This document shows, one piece after another, positions 1 to 8,592 of a stretch of DNA of 64,000 nucleotides. Position 1 is the stretch's first letter, and every line of letters starts with the position of its first letter. Position numbers and translations under genes: made by a program. The stretch comes from a virus. Taxonomy: Duplodnaviria; Caudoviricetes. The notes under the pieces are model-generated. The model worked only from the letters and a program-made list of their open reading frames with translations. It was not told the DNA's origin and ran no database searches. The stretch spans positions 3,875 to 67,874 of the IMG/VR virus record IMGVR_UViG_3300014205_000223, one strand, 5' to 3'.

Positions 1-177
1 AAGTACATTGCAAAGTTCCGAAATCTACCGGAAGCTAACAAGCAAGCACTGATTAATGTATTGCTGAAAGTGTCAAAGCTGGTAACAGATAATCCGGCTA
101 TACAAGAGCTGGATATAAACCCATTAATTTTAGATGAGAACATGGCAATCGCCTTAGATGCGAGGATTAAATTATGA
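1..177 (+). CDS. 3' end of an ADP-forming acyl-CoA/acetate-CoA ligase ATP-grasp domain protein (5' truncated by window)
   Basis: Frame 1 translates KYIAKFRNLPEANKQALINVLLKVSKLVTDNPAIQELDINPLILDENMAIALDARIKL*. ELDINPL...ALDARI is the C-terminal motif of the ATP-grasp_5 family. Not in the ORF track. Confidence 0.75.
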   Translation, partial: KYIAKFRNLPEANKQALINVLLKVSKLVTDNPAIQELDINPLILDENMAIALDARIKL

Positions 178-411
178 GAAAAACAATTTACATATTAAAT
201 AAAAGAGAACAAAGTCTTTTAAGACCTAGCTGCACGGTAGCAGTAATAACGTATTATCTTTTAGGCTTTATCCCAATTTACAGCTCGCAAATATTGGTTA
301 AATAAGTAATGCAAATAAAGCTTATCTTAAAAAAACTCATTACCATTTGTGCGTTCATTGTTTTTGTTCCGACAATAACATTCTTCTCATCAATGTACTT
401 TTTTATAACTA

Positions 412-600
412 TTGATTACCTGGAGTATTACCGTGAAAACAACAAAAACTGAGTCACTATGGGCTATTTTATTTGAAACCTTTGCCATGTTTGCAAAAAT
501 GGTGATTGTTCTGTTTGCGTTTTTCTGCATGTTGCAGTTAATCACAGGCACACCACCGGAAAACGTAACGCCGATGGATTACCCGATGGCTGATAATTGA
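412..600 (+). CDS. small membrane protein
   Basis: 62-aa ORF with one hydrophobic helix; stop is adjacent to the next start. Confidence 0.45.
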   Translation: MITWSITVKTTKTESLWAILFETFAMFAKMVIVLFAFFCMLQLITGTPPENVTPMDYPMADN

Positions 601-602
601 TT

Positions 603-1256
603 ATGAAAATATCACTCATATCGGCATGTGATACATATGCTAATTTTACCATACTTCACCCAACAAAAAAGTCAGTAGCATTTAGAAGGCTTGTATTTGG
701 AGTCGGTATAAATGACGCTGATTATATGGTTAGTCCAATTATTCACGGAAAACAAACACGATGTATATTTTATACGACATGGAAGCATATGCTTGAGCGT
801 TGTTATTGCCAAAAATACTTGCTAAAAAAGCCTTCTTATAATGGGTGTAAGGTAGTTGACGAATGGAAGATATTTTCTAATTTTAAATTATGGATGGAGC
901 TGCAAGATTGGCATGGAAATGTATTGGATAAGGATATTCTAGTACCTGGCAATCGAATATACTCTCCTGAAAGATGCTTATTCGTAGCCACCAATGTTAA
1001 TGCGCTTCTAACTGGTGTTGATAGAAGCGGGGAATATATAGGAGTTTGGTATGAAAAAGGTAGAAACAGATTCAAAGTATCTTGCCATATAAATGGGGTA
1101 CAAAGACAGATCGGTAGATTCCAGACTAAAAATGAAGCTAGTATTGCGTATAAAGATGCTAAAGCAAAGGAGATATTAAGAGTAGCTGATTTACAAGAAA
1201 ATGAGCTTTTAAGAAGAGCTTTGTATGTGCATGCTGAAATATTGGGTTCACTATGA
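603..1256 (+). CDS. free-standing HNH-like (His-Me finger) homing endonuclease with C-terminal AP2-like DNA-binding domain
   Basis: VFGVGINDADY, WKHMLERCY and LDKDIL.PGN..YSP..C.FV....N motifs, then GV.....RF.V......QIGRF.T..EA..AY (AP2-like). Confidence 0.65.
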   Translation: MKISLISACDTYANFTILHPTKKSVAFRRLVFGVGINDADYMVSPIIHGKQTRCIFYTTWKHMLERCYCQKYLLKKPSYNGCKVVDEWKIFSNFKLWMELQDWHGNVLDKDILVPGNRIYSPERCLFVATNVNALLTGVDRSGEYIGVWYEKGRNRFKVSCHINGVQRQIGRFQTKNEASIAYKDAKAKEILRVADLQENELLRRALYVHAEILGSL

Positions 1257-1759
1257 AAATAAACATCATAGCCGCTTGTGATAGGAATCGCCTGATCGGG
1301 GCAGACGGAAAGATACCTTGGTATATCCATAAAGATCTTAAACGCTTCAAAGAATTAACGATGGGACATGCTGTGATAATGGGTAGGAGTACGTTTGAAT
1401 CTATTGGAAGGAAACCGCTAACTGGCCGTTTGAATGTTGTCATAACCAGCAATGCAGAGTACGGACGTAACCGGGACGGTGCAATATTTGTTAGTAACTG
1501 CGAAGATGCCCTAAAAGCTTGTGATTTATCAGGCCAGGACAGCGTTTTTATTATTGGAGGCCAACAAGTTTACGAAGAAACTATGCCTTATGCAGACACC
1601 ATTTACCTAACTAAAGTCTATAGGACAATAGAAGACGGAGACAACCGGCGTTATTTTCCGACAGTTGACTACAATGAATGGAATTGGGATAAAGCTGAAA
1701 TAAAAGATAGTTATGCGTTTTGCATTGCCAACCGAAGAAACAAGGAGAAAACCACATGA
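1253..1759 (+). CDS. folA: dihydrofolate reductase
   Basis: IAACD.N.LIG..GKIPW.I.KDLKRFKELTMGHAVIMGRSTFESIG.KPL.GRLNVVIT, FIIGGQQVY, IYLTKV, GD...FP. Confidence 0.95.
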   Translation: MKINIIAACDRNRLIGADGKIPWYIHKDLKRFKELTMGHAVIMGRSTFESIGRKPLTGRLNVVITSNAEYGRNRDGAIFVSNCEDALKACDLSGQDSVFIIGGQQVYEETMPYADTIYLTKVYRTIEDGDNRRYFPTVDYNEWNWDKAEIKDSYAFCIANRRNKEKTT

Positions 1760-1911
1760 TATATTTAAAGCTACTGGCCTATTGGTGGCTATGGCTGTTT
1801 ATCGGCTGTTTGATAGCGATACACGCTACGCCAATATTAGCATTCGCAGCCCTGGTTGTTTCAGGGCATTACATAATCAGAATTATCGAGAGAAAACTAT
1901 GCGATTTTTAA
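1756..1911 (+). CDS. small membrane protein
   Basis: ATGA overlap with the folA stop; hydrophobic MIYLKLLAYWWLWLF... Confidence 0.45.
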   Translation: MIYLKLLAYWWLWLFIGCLIAIHATPILAFAALVVSGHYIIRIIERKLCDF

Positions 1912-2246
1912 CTAAAAGAAACTTTGAAGTGCTGTTATTCCTATCACATGACGATGAAGTTGCAACATCATATAAATGTAACGCTTACACGGTGTTGGGA
2001 GCTAAACGATTAGCTCAAGACGCATATCCTACCGGCACGATAGCTAGACTTATAGAGGTAAGGAAATGAGTCCTGTAGCTATTATCGCAACCGTATTCAC
2101 ATTAATGCTGGTTGCCGCAGGGTGCAGTATTATTGTTTTATTCGGTCTTTATTGGGCGTTATTCGAGGGGTATTTATGAGTGCGCAGGATTATTTAGACA
2201 TCGTAATAGCGGCACTTTTACTTTTATCAATTTATGGGTACTGGCA

Positions 2247-2408
2247 ATGAACATTATAACAATCGCGGCAACAACAATACTCATCATAACATCACTGCCG
2301 GTTATCGCCGTATCACTGGGATTCGTGGCGTTAGGCTTTAAAGGTTTATGGGATTTGACGCATAGCTATTGCGGCTATGACTCAGGTTCAGACGATACGG
2401 GGTGTTGA
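2247..2408 (+). CDS. 53-aa membrane protein, copy 1 of a duplicated pair
   Basis: MNIITIAATTILIITSLPVIAVSLGFVALGFKGLWDLTHSYCGYDSGSDDTGC; paralog at 2791-2952. Confidence 0.45.
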   Translation: MNIITIAATTILIITSLPVIAVSLGFVALGFKGLWDLTHSYCGYDSGSDDTGC

Positions 2409-2409
2409 G

Positions 2410-2586
2410 ATGAAAGAAATAATTGAGCAAATACGTGAATGTAATGATTGTGAATGGATTGGGTGGGCTTATGAATGCGTACATCCAAAGCATGTAGAAA
2501 GCTTATTATTATGTCCTGAATGCAATGAAACTACAACATTCATAACTCCACTGAGATGTATTGAAATGAGAGATAATATAAAATGA
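2410..2586 (+). CDS. small zinc-ribbon protein
   Basis: CNDC...CPEC pairs; ATG at 2410. Confidence 0.55.
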   Translation: MKEIIEQIRECNDCEWIGWAYECVHPKHVESLLLCPECNETTTFITPLRCIEMRDNIK

Positions 2587-2771
2587 ATCTCAACATAATT
2601 GAATATAGGCCAAAAGGCGGAATGTGCGCTAATTGTACAAAAATTAAGAATGATTGTAGCGACCTTGACTTTGCAAAGATGGATGTTATTGCAGAAGAGC
2701 ATTATTTTAGAAGAGTAGTAAATATTGTCAGATGCTGTGAATTTGAAAGGAAAACAAAGGCTGTCGCATAA
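2583..2771 (+). CDS. small Cys-rich phage protein
   Basis: Y.PKGGMCANC...CS.L.F..M.VI; coupled start; TAA stop lies within GCATAAC. Confidence 0.6.
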   Translation: MNLNIIEYRPKGGMCANCTKIKNDCSDLDFAKMDVIAEEHYFRRVVNIVRCCEFERKTKAVA

Positions 2772-2790
2772 CTTAACAATTATCACAACA

Positions 2791-2952
2791 ATGATTATAT
2801 TAACAATTACAGCAACAACGATATTCATCATCACATCACTGCCGGTTATCGGTGTAGCACTAGGTTTCGTGGCGTTAGGCTTTAAAGGTTTATGGGATTT
2901 GACGCATAGCTATTGCGGCTATGACTCAGGTTCAGACGATACGGGGTGTTGA
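2791..2952 (+). CDS. 53-aa membrane protein, copy 2 of the duplicated pair
   Basis: Same length as 2247-2408 and identical C-terminal half. Confidence 0.45.
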   Translation: MIILTITATTIFIITSLPVIGVALGFVALGFKGLWDLTHSYCGYDSGSDDTGC

Positions 2953-3018
2953 GATGAATAAAGATTATCCCCGCGCTCCTGTTGAGCGACGGGTTATGCA
3001 CAAACAACAGGACAAAAC

Positions 3019-3258
3019 ATGAAAACACCACGCGATAAATACATGAACGACCCGGAGTACCACGCCCTCGTTAATATGCTGGAGAGCTTTATTGAGCGAG
3101 CGCAATTTACCCCATCCGAATTGCGGGAAGCTTGCGTACTAGCGTGTATCAACTACGAAATGCGCCATGTGCGCGAGATGACTATTGATCCACGGACGGC
3201 AGAAGCACTCAGAGTACTGGATGAATTTACGACAAGGAAGCCTAGACGCGGCGCATAA
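3019..3258 (+). CDS. hypothetical protein in a cassette-like unit
   Basis: 79 aa with AGGA RBS; preceded by GTTATGC (2993) and stop inside GCATAAC (3253). Confidence 0.7.
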   Translation: MKTPRDKYMNDPEYHALVNMLESFIERAQFTPSELREACVLACINYEMRHVREMTIDPRTAEALRVLDEFTTRKPRRGA

Positions 3259-3347
3259 CGCCGTGTTAAGCGGGAAGCCGCCACACTGAACTTTAACCGC
3301 GCAAATGCGCAACATGGCGGCTTGTCCGCTTGAACTAAGAGTTATAC
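3253..3347 (-). other. attC-like recombination site (95 bp), oriented opposite to the flanking ORFs
   Basis: Minus strand reads GTATAAC-TCTTA-GTTCAAGCGG-AC-AAGCCGCCA...TGGCGGCTT-C-CCGCTTAAC-ACGGC-GTTATGC: R and L boxes, 5-nt spacers, an extra-helical base in the L box and a central stem, as in integron attC sites. Confidence 0.65.
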
Positions 3348-3364
3348 ATTTTTGAGGATGCGAG

Positions 3365-3565
3365 ATGGCGTTACGAGCAGAAAAAAGAAATGACGGGGTA
3401 ATTGAACTTTGGGAATTTTTTGAAGAAGGAGGCCCAATAGTACGGTGTTATCCTGACGGGAGAATTGAGTTGTTTGAAGTTCCGCAATATGGTGGGGAAG
3501 AGCGGCCTTATGGAAATTATCCAACACTATGCGCGGCTCTGAAAGAAGCCGAAACATGGACGTGA
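3365..3565 (+). CDS. hypothetical protein in a cassette-like unit
   Basis: 66 aa with GAGG RBS; flanked by GTTATACAT (3341) and ATGTATAAC (3565). Confidence 0.65.
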   Translation: MALRAEKRNDGVIELWEFFEEGGPIVRCYPDGRIELFEVPQYGGEERPYGNYPTLCAALKEAETWT

Positions 3566-3646
3566 TGTATAACGCTTAATTATACGACAGATTGTCGCAT
3601 AACCTAACTATTGTCTATTTTTACGACATTAAACAAAAGGTATTAT

Positions 3647-3817
3647 ATGAAAGAAATTATTACAGAATACAAAAACCAGGACGGACTCTGGTCATTTCGC
3701 ATACTGGACGGCCAAGATTGCTTGCTTGCCGACTCCGGCGATATGGGTTATGTCACCAAACGCATGATGCTGATAGCCCTGGTAGCTAAACTTGTTGAAC
3801 TAGGAGCCACGCCATGA
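3647..3817 (+). CDS. hypothetical protein
   Basis: ATG 3647 with AAGG RBS; MKEIITEYKNQDGLWSF...; coupled to the next ORF. Confidence 0.55.
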   Translation: MKEIITEYKNQDGLWSFRILDGQDCLLADSGDMGYVTKRMMLIALVAKLVELGATP

Positions 3818-4083
3818 TTTCCTTTACTCTTGATCAGCTCAATGTGTTTGCAAAAGAGTACACATCTATGCTGCACAAAGATTATCCGTTTTCCTATGAA
3901 CATTCCGTGCGCCACTACTCTATAGCGTTTGTTTCAGGTTTCGTTAAGTATCTGGAAACAATATCACAGGAACCATTAGTAGACCTTCCTCTTGAGTGTT
4001 GTGATGACAATCCCTGGGAAACACTAACAGCTAGAATAGCCCCGGTATTTCTCCGTGGGCATGACGACACATCAGGATTTTGA
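3814..4083 (+). CDS. hypothetical protein
   Basis: 89-aa ORF with ATGA coupling. Confidence 0.55.
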   Translation: MISFTLDQLNVFAKEYTSMLHKDYPFSYEHSVRHYSIAFVSGFVKYLETISQEPLVDLPLECCDDNPWETLTARIAPVFLRGHDDTSGF

Positions 4084-4738
4084 TATGAAAACTTGGAAAA
4101 TAGAAACAATAAGCGGCTTTGCTAAGTATAGTGTTTGGTATGTGCAATCTTGGTGGCCGGAAGAGCGATTCGATAGATTAAAATTTAAGGTAACGCCAAT
4201 ATGACGCACCCAACATTAAGTGAATTTACGCAACCTAAGAATGGCGACAAATACTGGGCCAAGGGCTTATTCAAGAAAGATGTAGAGCAACACACATGGG
4301 GAGGCGATCCGGTGGATATTTATCTTTTCAAAGCCAAAAAACTATTTTTAACCGAAGAAGACGCGAGGAAATCACTGTGAAAATAATAGCTAAATATGCA
4401 ATTTTCGTCCTGATAGGAATATTGCTGGCATCAAGAGGATTTAATCTTTTGCATGGTCTATGGTGGGTATGGACAATTGCATTAACTTTTGCCATATTTG
4501 CGCGAGATTGGGGTAGAAGCTAACATGGGAATTATAATTTTAGCAAAAAATCTAGTCGCATTTATGGTAATACTAGCATCTGGATACATTATTTTAAAAA
4601 GATGTGAGCGTAAATAATGTGGTTAATCAACAAAATCATAGTAGTAACCGTAGTCCTATTGCTGCTGATATATCTTGGCAGCTTAGAAGCCAGTAAATAT
4701 TTAATAAATAAATGCAACCTAGTTCTAGGAGAATACTG

Positions 4739-4927
4739 ATGACCGAAGACCGTCAAACAAGGATACAAGAATTAAGAAACTCAGCCAACCGAATACGCCA
4801 ATGCGCCTATCGAGCTGATTCCAGAAAAGATCGAGAAGAAGAACGTGCCCTTGCACGTAAACTTGACGACCGGGCTAGTGCGCTTGAAGCCGAAGCGTTT
4901 GGCTTTGATATAACCGAACGGAGATAA
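4739..4927 (+). CDS. small coiled-coil hypothetical protein
   Basis: MTEDRQTRIQELRNSANRIRQ... with GGAG RBS. Confidence 0.55.
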   Translation: MTEDRQTRIQELRNSANRIRQCAYRADSRKDREEERALARKLDDRASALEAEAFGFDITERR

Positions 4928-4929
4928 TA

Positions 4930-5469
4930 ATGAACAAAATTATCTTGAATACCGATGAATCCGCAGCCACACAGGTAACTGTAACGCTCTGGAAAAGTGC
5001 AAAAGGCACTCTTTATAACACTGAAGATGCAGCTAGATATGACGGCTGCACACATAGCCCGTGTGAGGATTGCGGAGATCCAGCAGAAAAAATGTATATC
5101 CATTGCAAACCATGCCGCGATAAACGTGATGCTAAACGTTATGCAGAGCGAGAAAAAATCGAATGGGATTATGAAACACCAATTTATTCAGAAGCATTCG
5201 ACAAATATATTTTTAACCAAGACGATCTTGAGAATATTCTTGACGAGTTCGACGAACCATTAGTTGATTGTGTTGCGTCAGTATTAAGACTGGTATCGTG
5301 CAAACCTATTTATCTGTCACAAGTACCAGAAGATTGTTGGTATGATGAACTTTCTGAAGATATGGAATTACCTGATGAAATTAAAACAGCACTCGAACAA
5401 TTAAATGACGCTATCAGAGCATTTCCTCCGGTTTCCTGGTGTCCAGGAAAGTACGCAATTACATTGTAA
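4930..5469 (+). CDS. hypothetical phage protein with CxxC motifs
   Basis: 179 aa, GGAG RBS, CEDC...CKPC. Confidence 0.7.
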   Translation: MNKIILNTDESAATQVTVTLWKSAKGTLYNTEDAARYDGCTHSPCEDCGDPAEKMYIHCKPCRDKRDAKRYAEREKIEWDYETPIYSEAFDKYIFNQDDLENILDEFDEPLVDCVASVLRLVSCKPIYLSQVPEDCWYDELSEDMELPDEIKTALEQLNDAIRAFPPVSWCPGKYAITL

Positions 5470-5479
5470 GGAACATATT

Positions 5480-5656
5480 ATGAACGACGACAACCCAACA
5501 CACCTACTCGTAATTGCATACATAGCCAAGCTTGAAAAGAAAGTAGCTTCATTGCAAGCAGACAATGAAAAACTGCGAGAAAAGATTTTACTTAAAGACG
5601 TGCAATCTGCTGGCTTCTCTAATTTAGATAAGCTTTATCCGTATGAGGTTTATTGA
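5480..5656 (+). CDS. small coiled-coil protein
   Basis: MNDDNPTHLLVIAYIAKLEKKVASLQ... with AAGGA RBS. Confidence 0.5.
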   Translation: MNDDNPTHLLVIAYIAKLEKKVASLQADNEKLREKILLKDVQSAGFSNLDKLYPYEVY

Positions 5657-6180
5657 TGAAGCCTGAGTATGCAGGAGTTCAAGAATTTTCCGACATGACC
5701 GGCTTTAGTTACACGCAGTCATCACAGATATTAGTTAGAAGAATGGGCGATAAGCGCATTAAGGATGGCAAGACCGCGCTGTATCCTATGGAAGACCTTA
5801 CCGGCTTGGCAAACTACTATATCAATGGCAGAAAGCCTCAACAGCCACATGAACTCAGCCGTAAGGACATCATGAAGCAATACCGAGTTGGCAGTAAGGA
5901 GATAGTTGAGCTGATAGCGCACGAAGACTTCCCGAAGCCATGCCGGACATACATTGATATGGAAGGCAGCAAAGGCAACAGTTTCCAGTTATGGGACAGC
6001 AAGGAGCTGGAAGATATAGATGTGTACGAATTGTTGGACAAAGACGAGCCGGAAGACGCTGTAAAGCTACCATTCGTTTATTATGGTTTCAGGTTCAATG
6101 GCTACCTGATTGTATGTCCTGTAATGCACTTTAGATTAGGAAAAATTGATGAACAAGGTAACGATAGAATTAATCCGTGA
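5656..6180 (+). CDS. DNA-binding protein with AlpA/excisionase-like HTH
   Basis: LSRKDIMKQYRVG...EDFPKP...LWDSKEL resembles an AlpA/Xis winged HTH; a second HTH-like segment lies at the N-terminus. Confidence 0.5.
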   Translation: MKPEYAGVQEFSDMTGFSYTQSSQILVRRMGDKRIKDGKTALYPMEDLTGLANYYINGRKPQQPHELSRKDIMKQYRVGSKEIVELIAHEDFPKPCRTYIDMEGSKGNSFQLWDSKELEDIDVYELLDKDEPEDAVKLPFVYYGFRFNGYLIVCPVMHFRLGKIDEQGNDRINP

Positions 6181-6316
6181 ATGGATACAGGCAGAAATAA
6201 AAGCGCGCCTTGAGGCCATAGAAGAAGATAGCGACGGATACCGAGGATGTAGTAATCATGAACAAAAGGAAGCAGACCGATTGTTTAATGAAATAAAAAA
6301 AATGGTAGGCAACTGA
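6149..6316 (+). CDS. 55-aa hypothetical protein
   Basis: MNKVTIELIREWIQAEIKARLE...; TGATG coupling to the next gene; below the ORF-track cutoff. Confidence 0.5.
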   Translation: MNKVTIELIREWIQAEIKARLEAIEEDSDGYRGCSNHEQKEADRLFNEIKKMVGN

Positions 6317-6822
6317 TGGAAAATGAAATTATTATTTTAGTAGGAAATATAGCGTCCGGGAAAAGCACGCTAACCCGCAAATACGCTGCTGAAGGGTATC
6401 TTATAATTAATGATGATGCTATTGTGTCTGCGCTTCACGGAGGAGATGGAGGGGCATACGAAAAAACACTAAAACCGCTATATAAGGCTGTTGAGGATTG
6501 TATATTTTCACATGGCGCGGCACTTGGCAGAAGTATTGTTATAGACAGACCAAATATGAGCATATCTAATCGCAGAAGATACATAGGCATGGCGAAATCA
6601 AGGGATATGTCAGTTCGTGCTGTTGTAATGCCAATGCAAGATGTTTTAACGCACGCCACACGTAGATACAATACGGATAACAGAGGGCTTACGTTAACGG
6701 CATGGACGAAAGCAGCGATGAGAATAGCAAATAGCTATGAAGCACCTTCGCTTAATGAGGGGATAGATGAAATATGCTACCTATCTGGAATTAATGAAGT
6801 CAAAAAAATGGAAATCAACTGA
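6316..6822 (+). CDS. P-loop kinase (AAA_33 / polynucleotide kinase-like)
   Basis: Walker A GNIASGKST, IVID.PN....RRRY, R..R lid motif. Confidence 0.85.
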   Translation: MENEIIILVGNIASGKSTLTRKYAAEGYLIINDDAIVSALHGGDGGAYEKTLKPLYKAVEDCIFSHGAALGRSIVIDRPNMSISNRRRYIGMAKSRDMSVRAVVMPMQDVLTHATRRYNTDNRGLTLTAWTKAAMRIANSYEAPSLNEGIDEICYLSGINEVKKMEIN

Positions 6823-7463
6823 TGGCTACAAAGATAGAAGGTAAGATCGTGAGTCAAAAGGTTTTAACGGCGGCAGATAAGCCTGTAGAAACAATCCCCA
6901 TCATGAACAAAGAGATCAAGCGTGGTGAAATCCTCAACGGCAGCACTTACAAAGTTAAAGTGCCAAACGATGACAACTCAATGTACATCACCATCAACAA
7001 CATTGAAGTAGGCGGCAAAACTTACCCATTTGAGATATTCGCTAACTCGCGCAATATGTCCCAGTTCCAGTGGATAGTGGCATTAACACGGCTTATCTCT
7101 GCGGTATTCAGGAACGGCGATTCTTCGTTCATTACCGAAGAGCTTAAGCATGTATTCGACCCACGCGGAGGATTCTACCAAAAAGGCACGTTTCACCCCT
7201 CGCTTGTCGCCAAGATCGGCAGCATTATCGAACAGCACCTAGTCGCCATAGGAATTATCCAGCCGGTAGAAATGGAAGCCCATGTTAAAGCGATATTAGC
7301 TGAAAAAAGGGCGCAATTCGACGCACTACAGGGCGAAAAGCCGGAGGAAACGCTAAACTTCCCTGAAAAAGCCAAGTTATGCCCCAAATGCGGTGTTAAG
7401 GCGGTAGTTATCAGCGAGGGATGTACATTGTGTTTGAATTGTTCGGACTCTAAATGTGGCTAA
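6822..7463 (+). CDS. nrdJb: NrdJb-like class II ribonucleotide reductase C-terminal subunit (TSCPD-type) with Zn ribbon
   Basis: GSTYKVK, MYITIN, PFEIF.NS, QWIVALTRLISAVFR.G, EELK.VFDPRGG, C-terminal CPKCG...EGC..CL.C..SKCG. Confidence 0.8.
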   Translation: MATKIEGKIVSQKVLTAADKPVETIPIMNKEIKRGEILNGSTYKVKVPNDDNSMYITINNIEVGGKTYPFEIFANSRNMSQFQWIVALTRLISAVFRNGDSSFITEELKHVFDPRGGFYQKGTFHPSLVAKIGSIIEQHLVAIGIIQPVEMEAHVKAILAEKRAQFDALQGEKPEETLNFPEKAKLCPKCGVKAVVISEGCTLCLNCSDSKCG

Positions 7464-7756
7464 TAAACAACAAATGAATATAATCAAAAACCTTATCGAA
7501 GATACCCTACTCTGCATCATCCTTGCAATAGTGGGAATCATAGGCCCCATTGTTGGACTTTTTAACAAACATGCGAGAACAAAATGAGAATTTTATCTTG
7601 GGCAAATTTTACCTTTCCGGCAATCAATCTCTGGAATTTTCATAAACAATACCGAGACTTTGTAAAGCAAGTTCCCGACAGATCGCAATGCAAGCACCCT
7701 GAGCGTTCATGCAAATGGTGTTTTGATTATCATGAATGTAACTTTAGAGAGCCAAA

Positions 7757-8014
7757 ATGACTATATCTAAATGCCGCACCTGCAAATACTTACACATTAA
7801 CGGAGGGGATCACCCATGCAGCACCTGTGATAACTACGCTAATTTCAGTTCGGAAGGTATCCATGTTGCTCCGGTAAATTCAATCCTGGAAACCGAAATA
7901 TCCGAAACCGAAAGAGTGATAGCACGCATCGAAGCAGACCGCGAGTTCTCTCTGAACCGTCTGCAAAAGAAGTACGCTAAACTAACCAAACTAAAGGCAC
8001 AGAGAAAATCATGA
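7757..8014 (+). CDS. small Cys-rich and coiled-coil protein
   Basis: CRTC...CSTC followed by a coiled coil. Confidence 0.55.
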   Translation: MTISKCRTCKYLHINGGDHPCSTCDNYANFSSEGIHVAPVNSILETEISETERVIARIEADREFSLNRLQKKYAKLTKLKAQRKS

Positions 8015-8030
8015 GAAAAAGGAGATAGAA

Positions 8031-8216
8031 ATGCAAGAACTTAAATGGTGGCAGCATATTTACTGGTCTGCTCGACAAGGCGAATGGGTAATTGGATTTG
8101 AAACACGTAAGACATGGAGAGGTAAGCCCTATTTTGCGTTTGCTTCCTCATATTATGATGGTTGGCATTGGTGCTTGCATATTGGGCAGTTTTACGTAGG
8201 TGCGTCATATTACTGA
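8031..8216 (+). CDS. Trp-rich hypothetical protein
   Basis: 61 aa with AGGAG RBS. Confidence 0.55.
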   Translation: MQELKWWQHIYWSARQGEWVIGFETRKTWRGKPYFAFASSYYDGWHWCLHIGQFYVGASYY

Positions 8217-8563
8217 TTACTCATAAAAACACACATTTTCATACACCGTTGTTATTTTAAAACAAAACAAAAATTCAAATTATGAGAACTAAAAAACCAA
8301 CATCCCTAGAAATCCTCGCCGCTACGGTACTTATTTTATGGATAGGAATGTTTATTATAGGTGGCCTCTTCCCTAAATTATGGAATTGACATGCGGCATC
8401 TCTGGAATATCATGATTGAAGGGGTTGGTATATTTGAATGTCTAGCTAAAAATTATGAGGATGCAGAGAAACAGGCTAAACGTAAATACCCTGACGATAC
8501 TATTGTGTATTGCCGGGTGATGCGTGATCCGGTAACGCATGATGAGTGACCTAACATAATATC

Positions 8564-8592
8564 TTGAATGATTGTTTAGCATGTGCTACAAT
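8564..8592 (+). promoter_or_regulatory. sigma70-type promoter with palindromic operator, upstream of erf-yqaJ
   Basis: TTGAAT-17-TACAAT; TAGCATGTGCTA at 8577-8588 overlaps the spacer and -10. Confidence 0.65.

Larger units (their letters stand above)
2322..2958 (+). repeat. direct repeat: 93 bp identical at 2322-2414 and 2866-2958, with imperfect extension about 70 bp upstream
   Basis: TTCGTGGCGTTAGGC...GGGGTGTTGAGATGAA occurs twice, offset 544 bp. Confidence 0.95.

Noticed and set aside
603-1256. Group I intron interrupting folA
   Set aside because: folA at 1253-1759 is complete with its own start, and the endonuclease ORF fills the interval, leaving no room for a ribozyme core.
836-1452. 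Antisense ORFs 836-1330 and 1159-1452
   Set aside because: Shadows of the endonuclease and folA genes, with no RBS or motifs. The same applies to most short opposite-strand ORFs inside long genes in the track.
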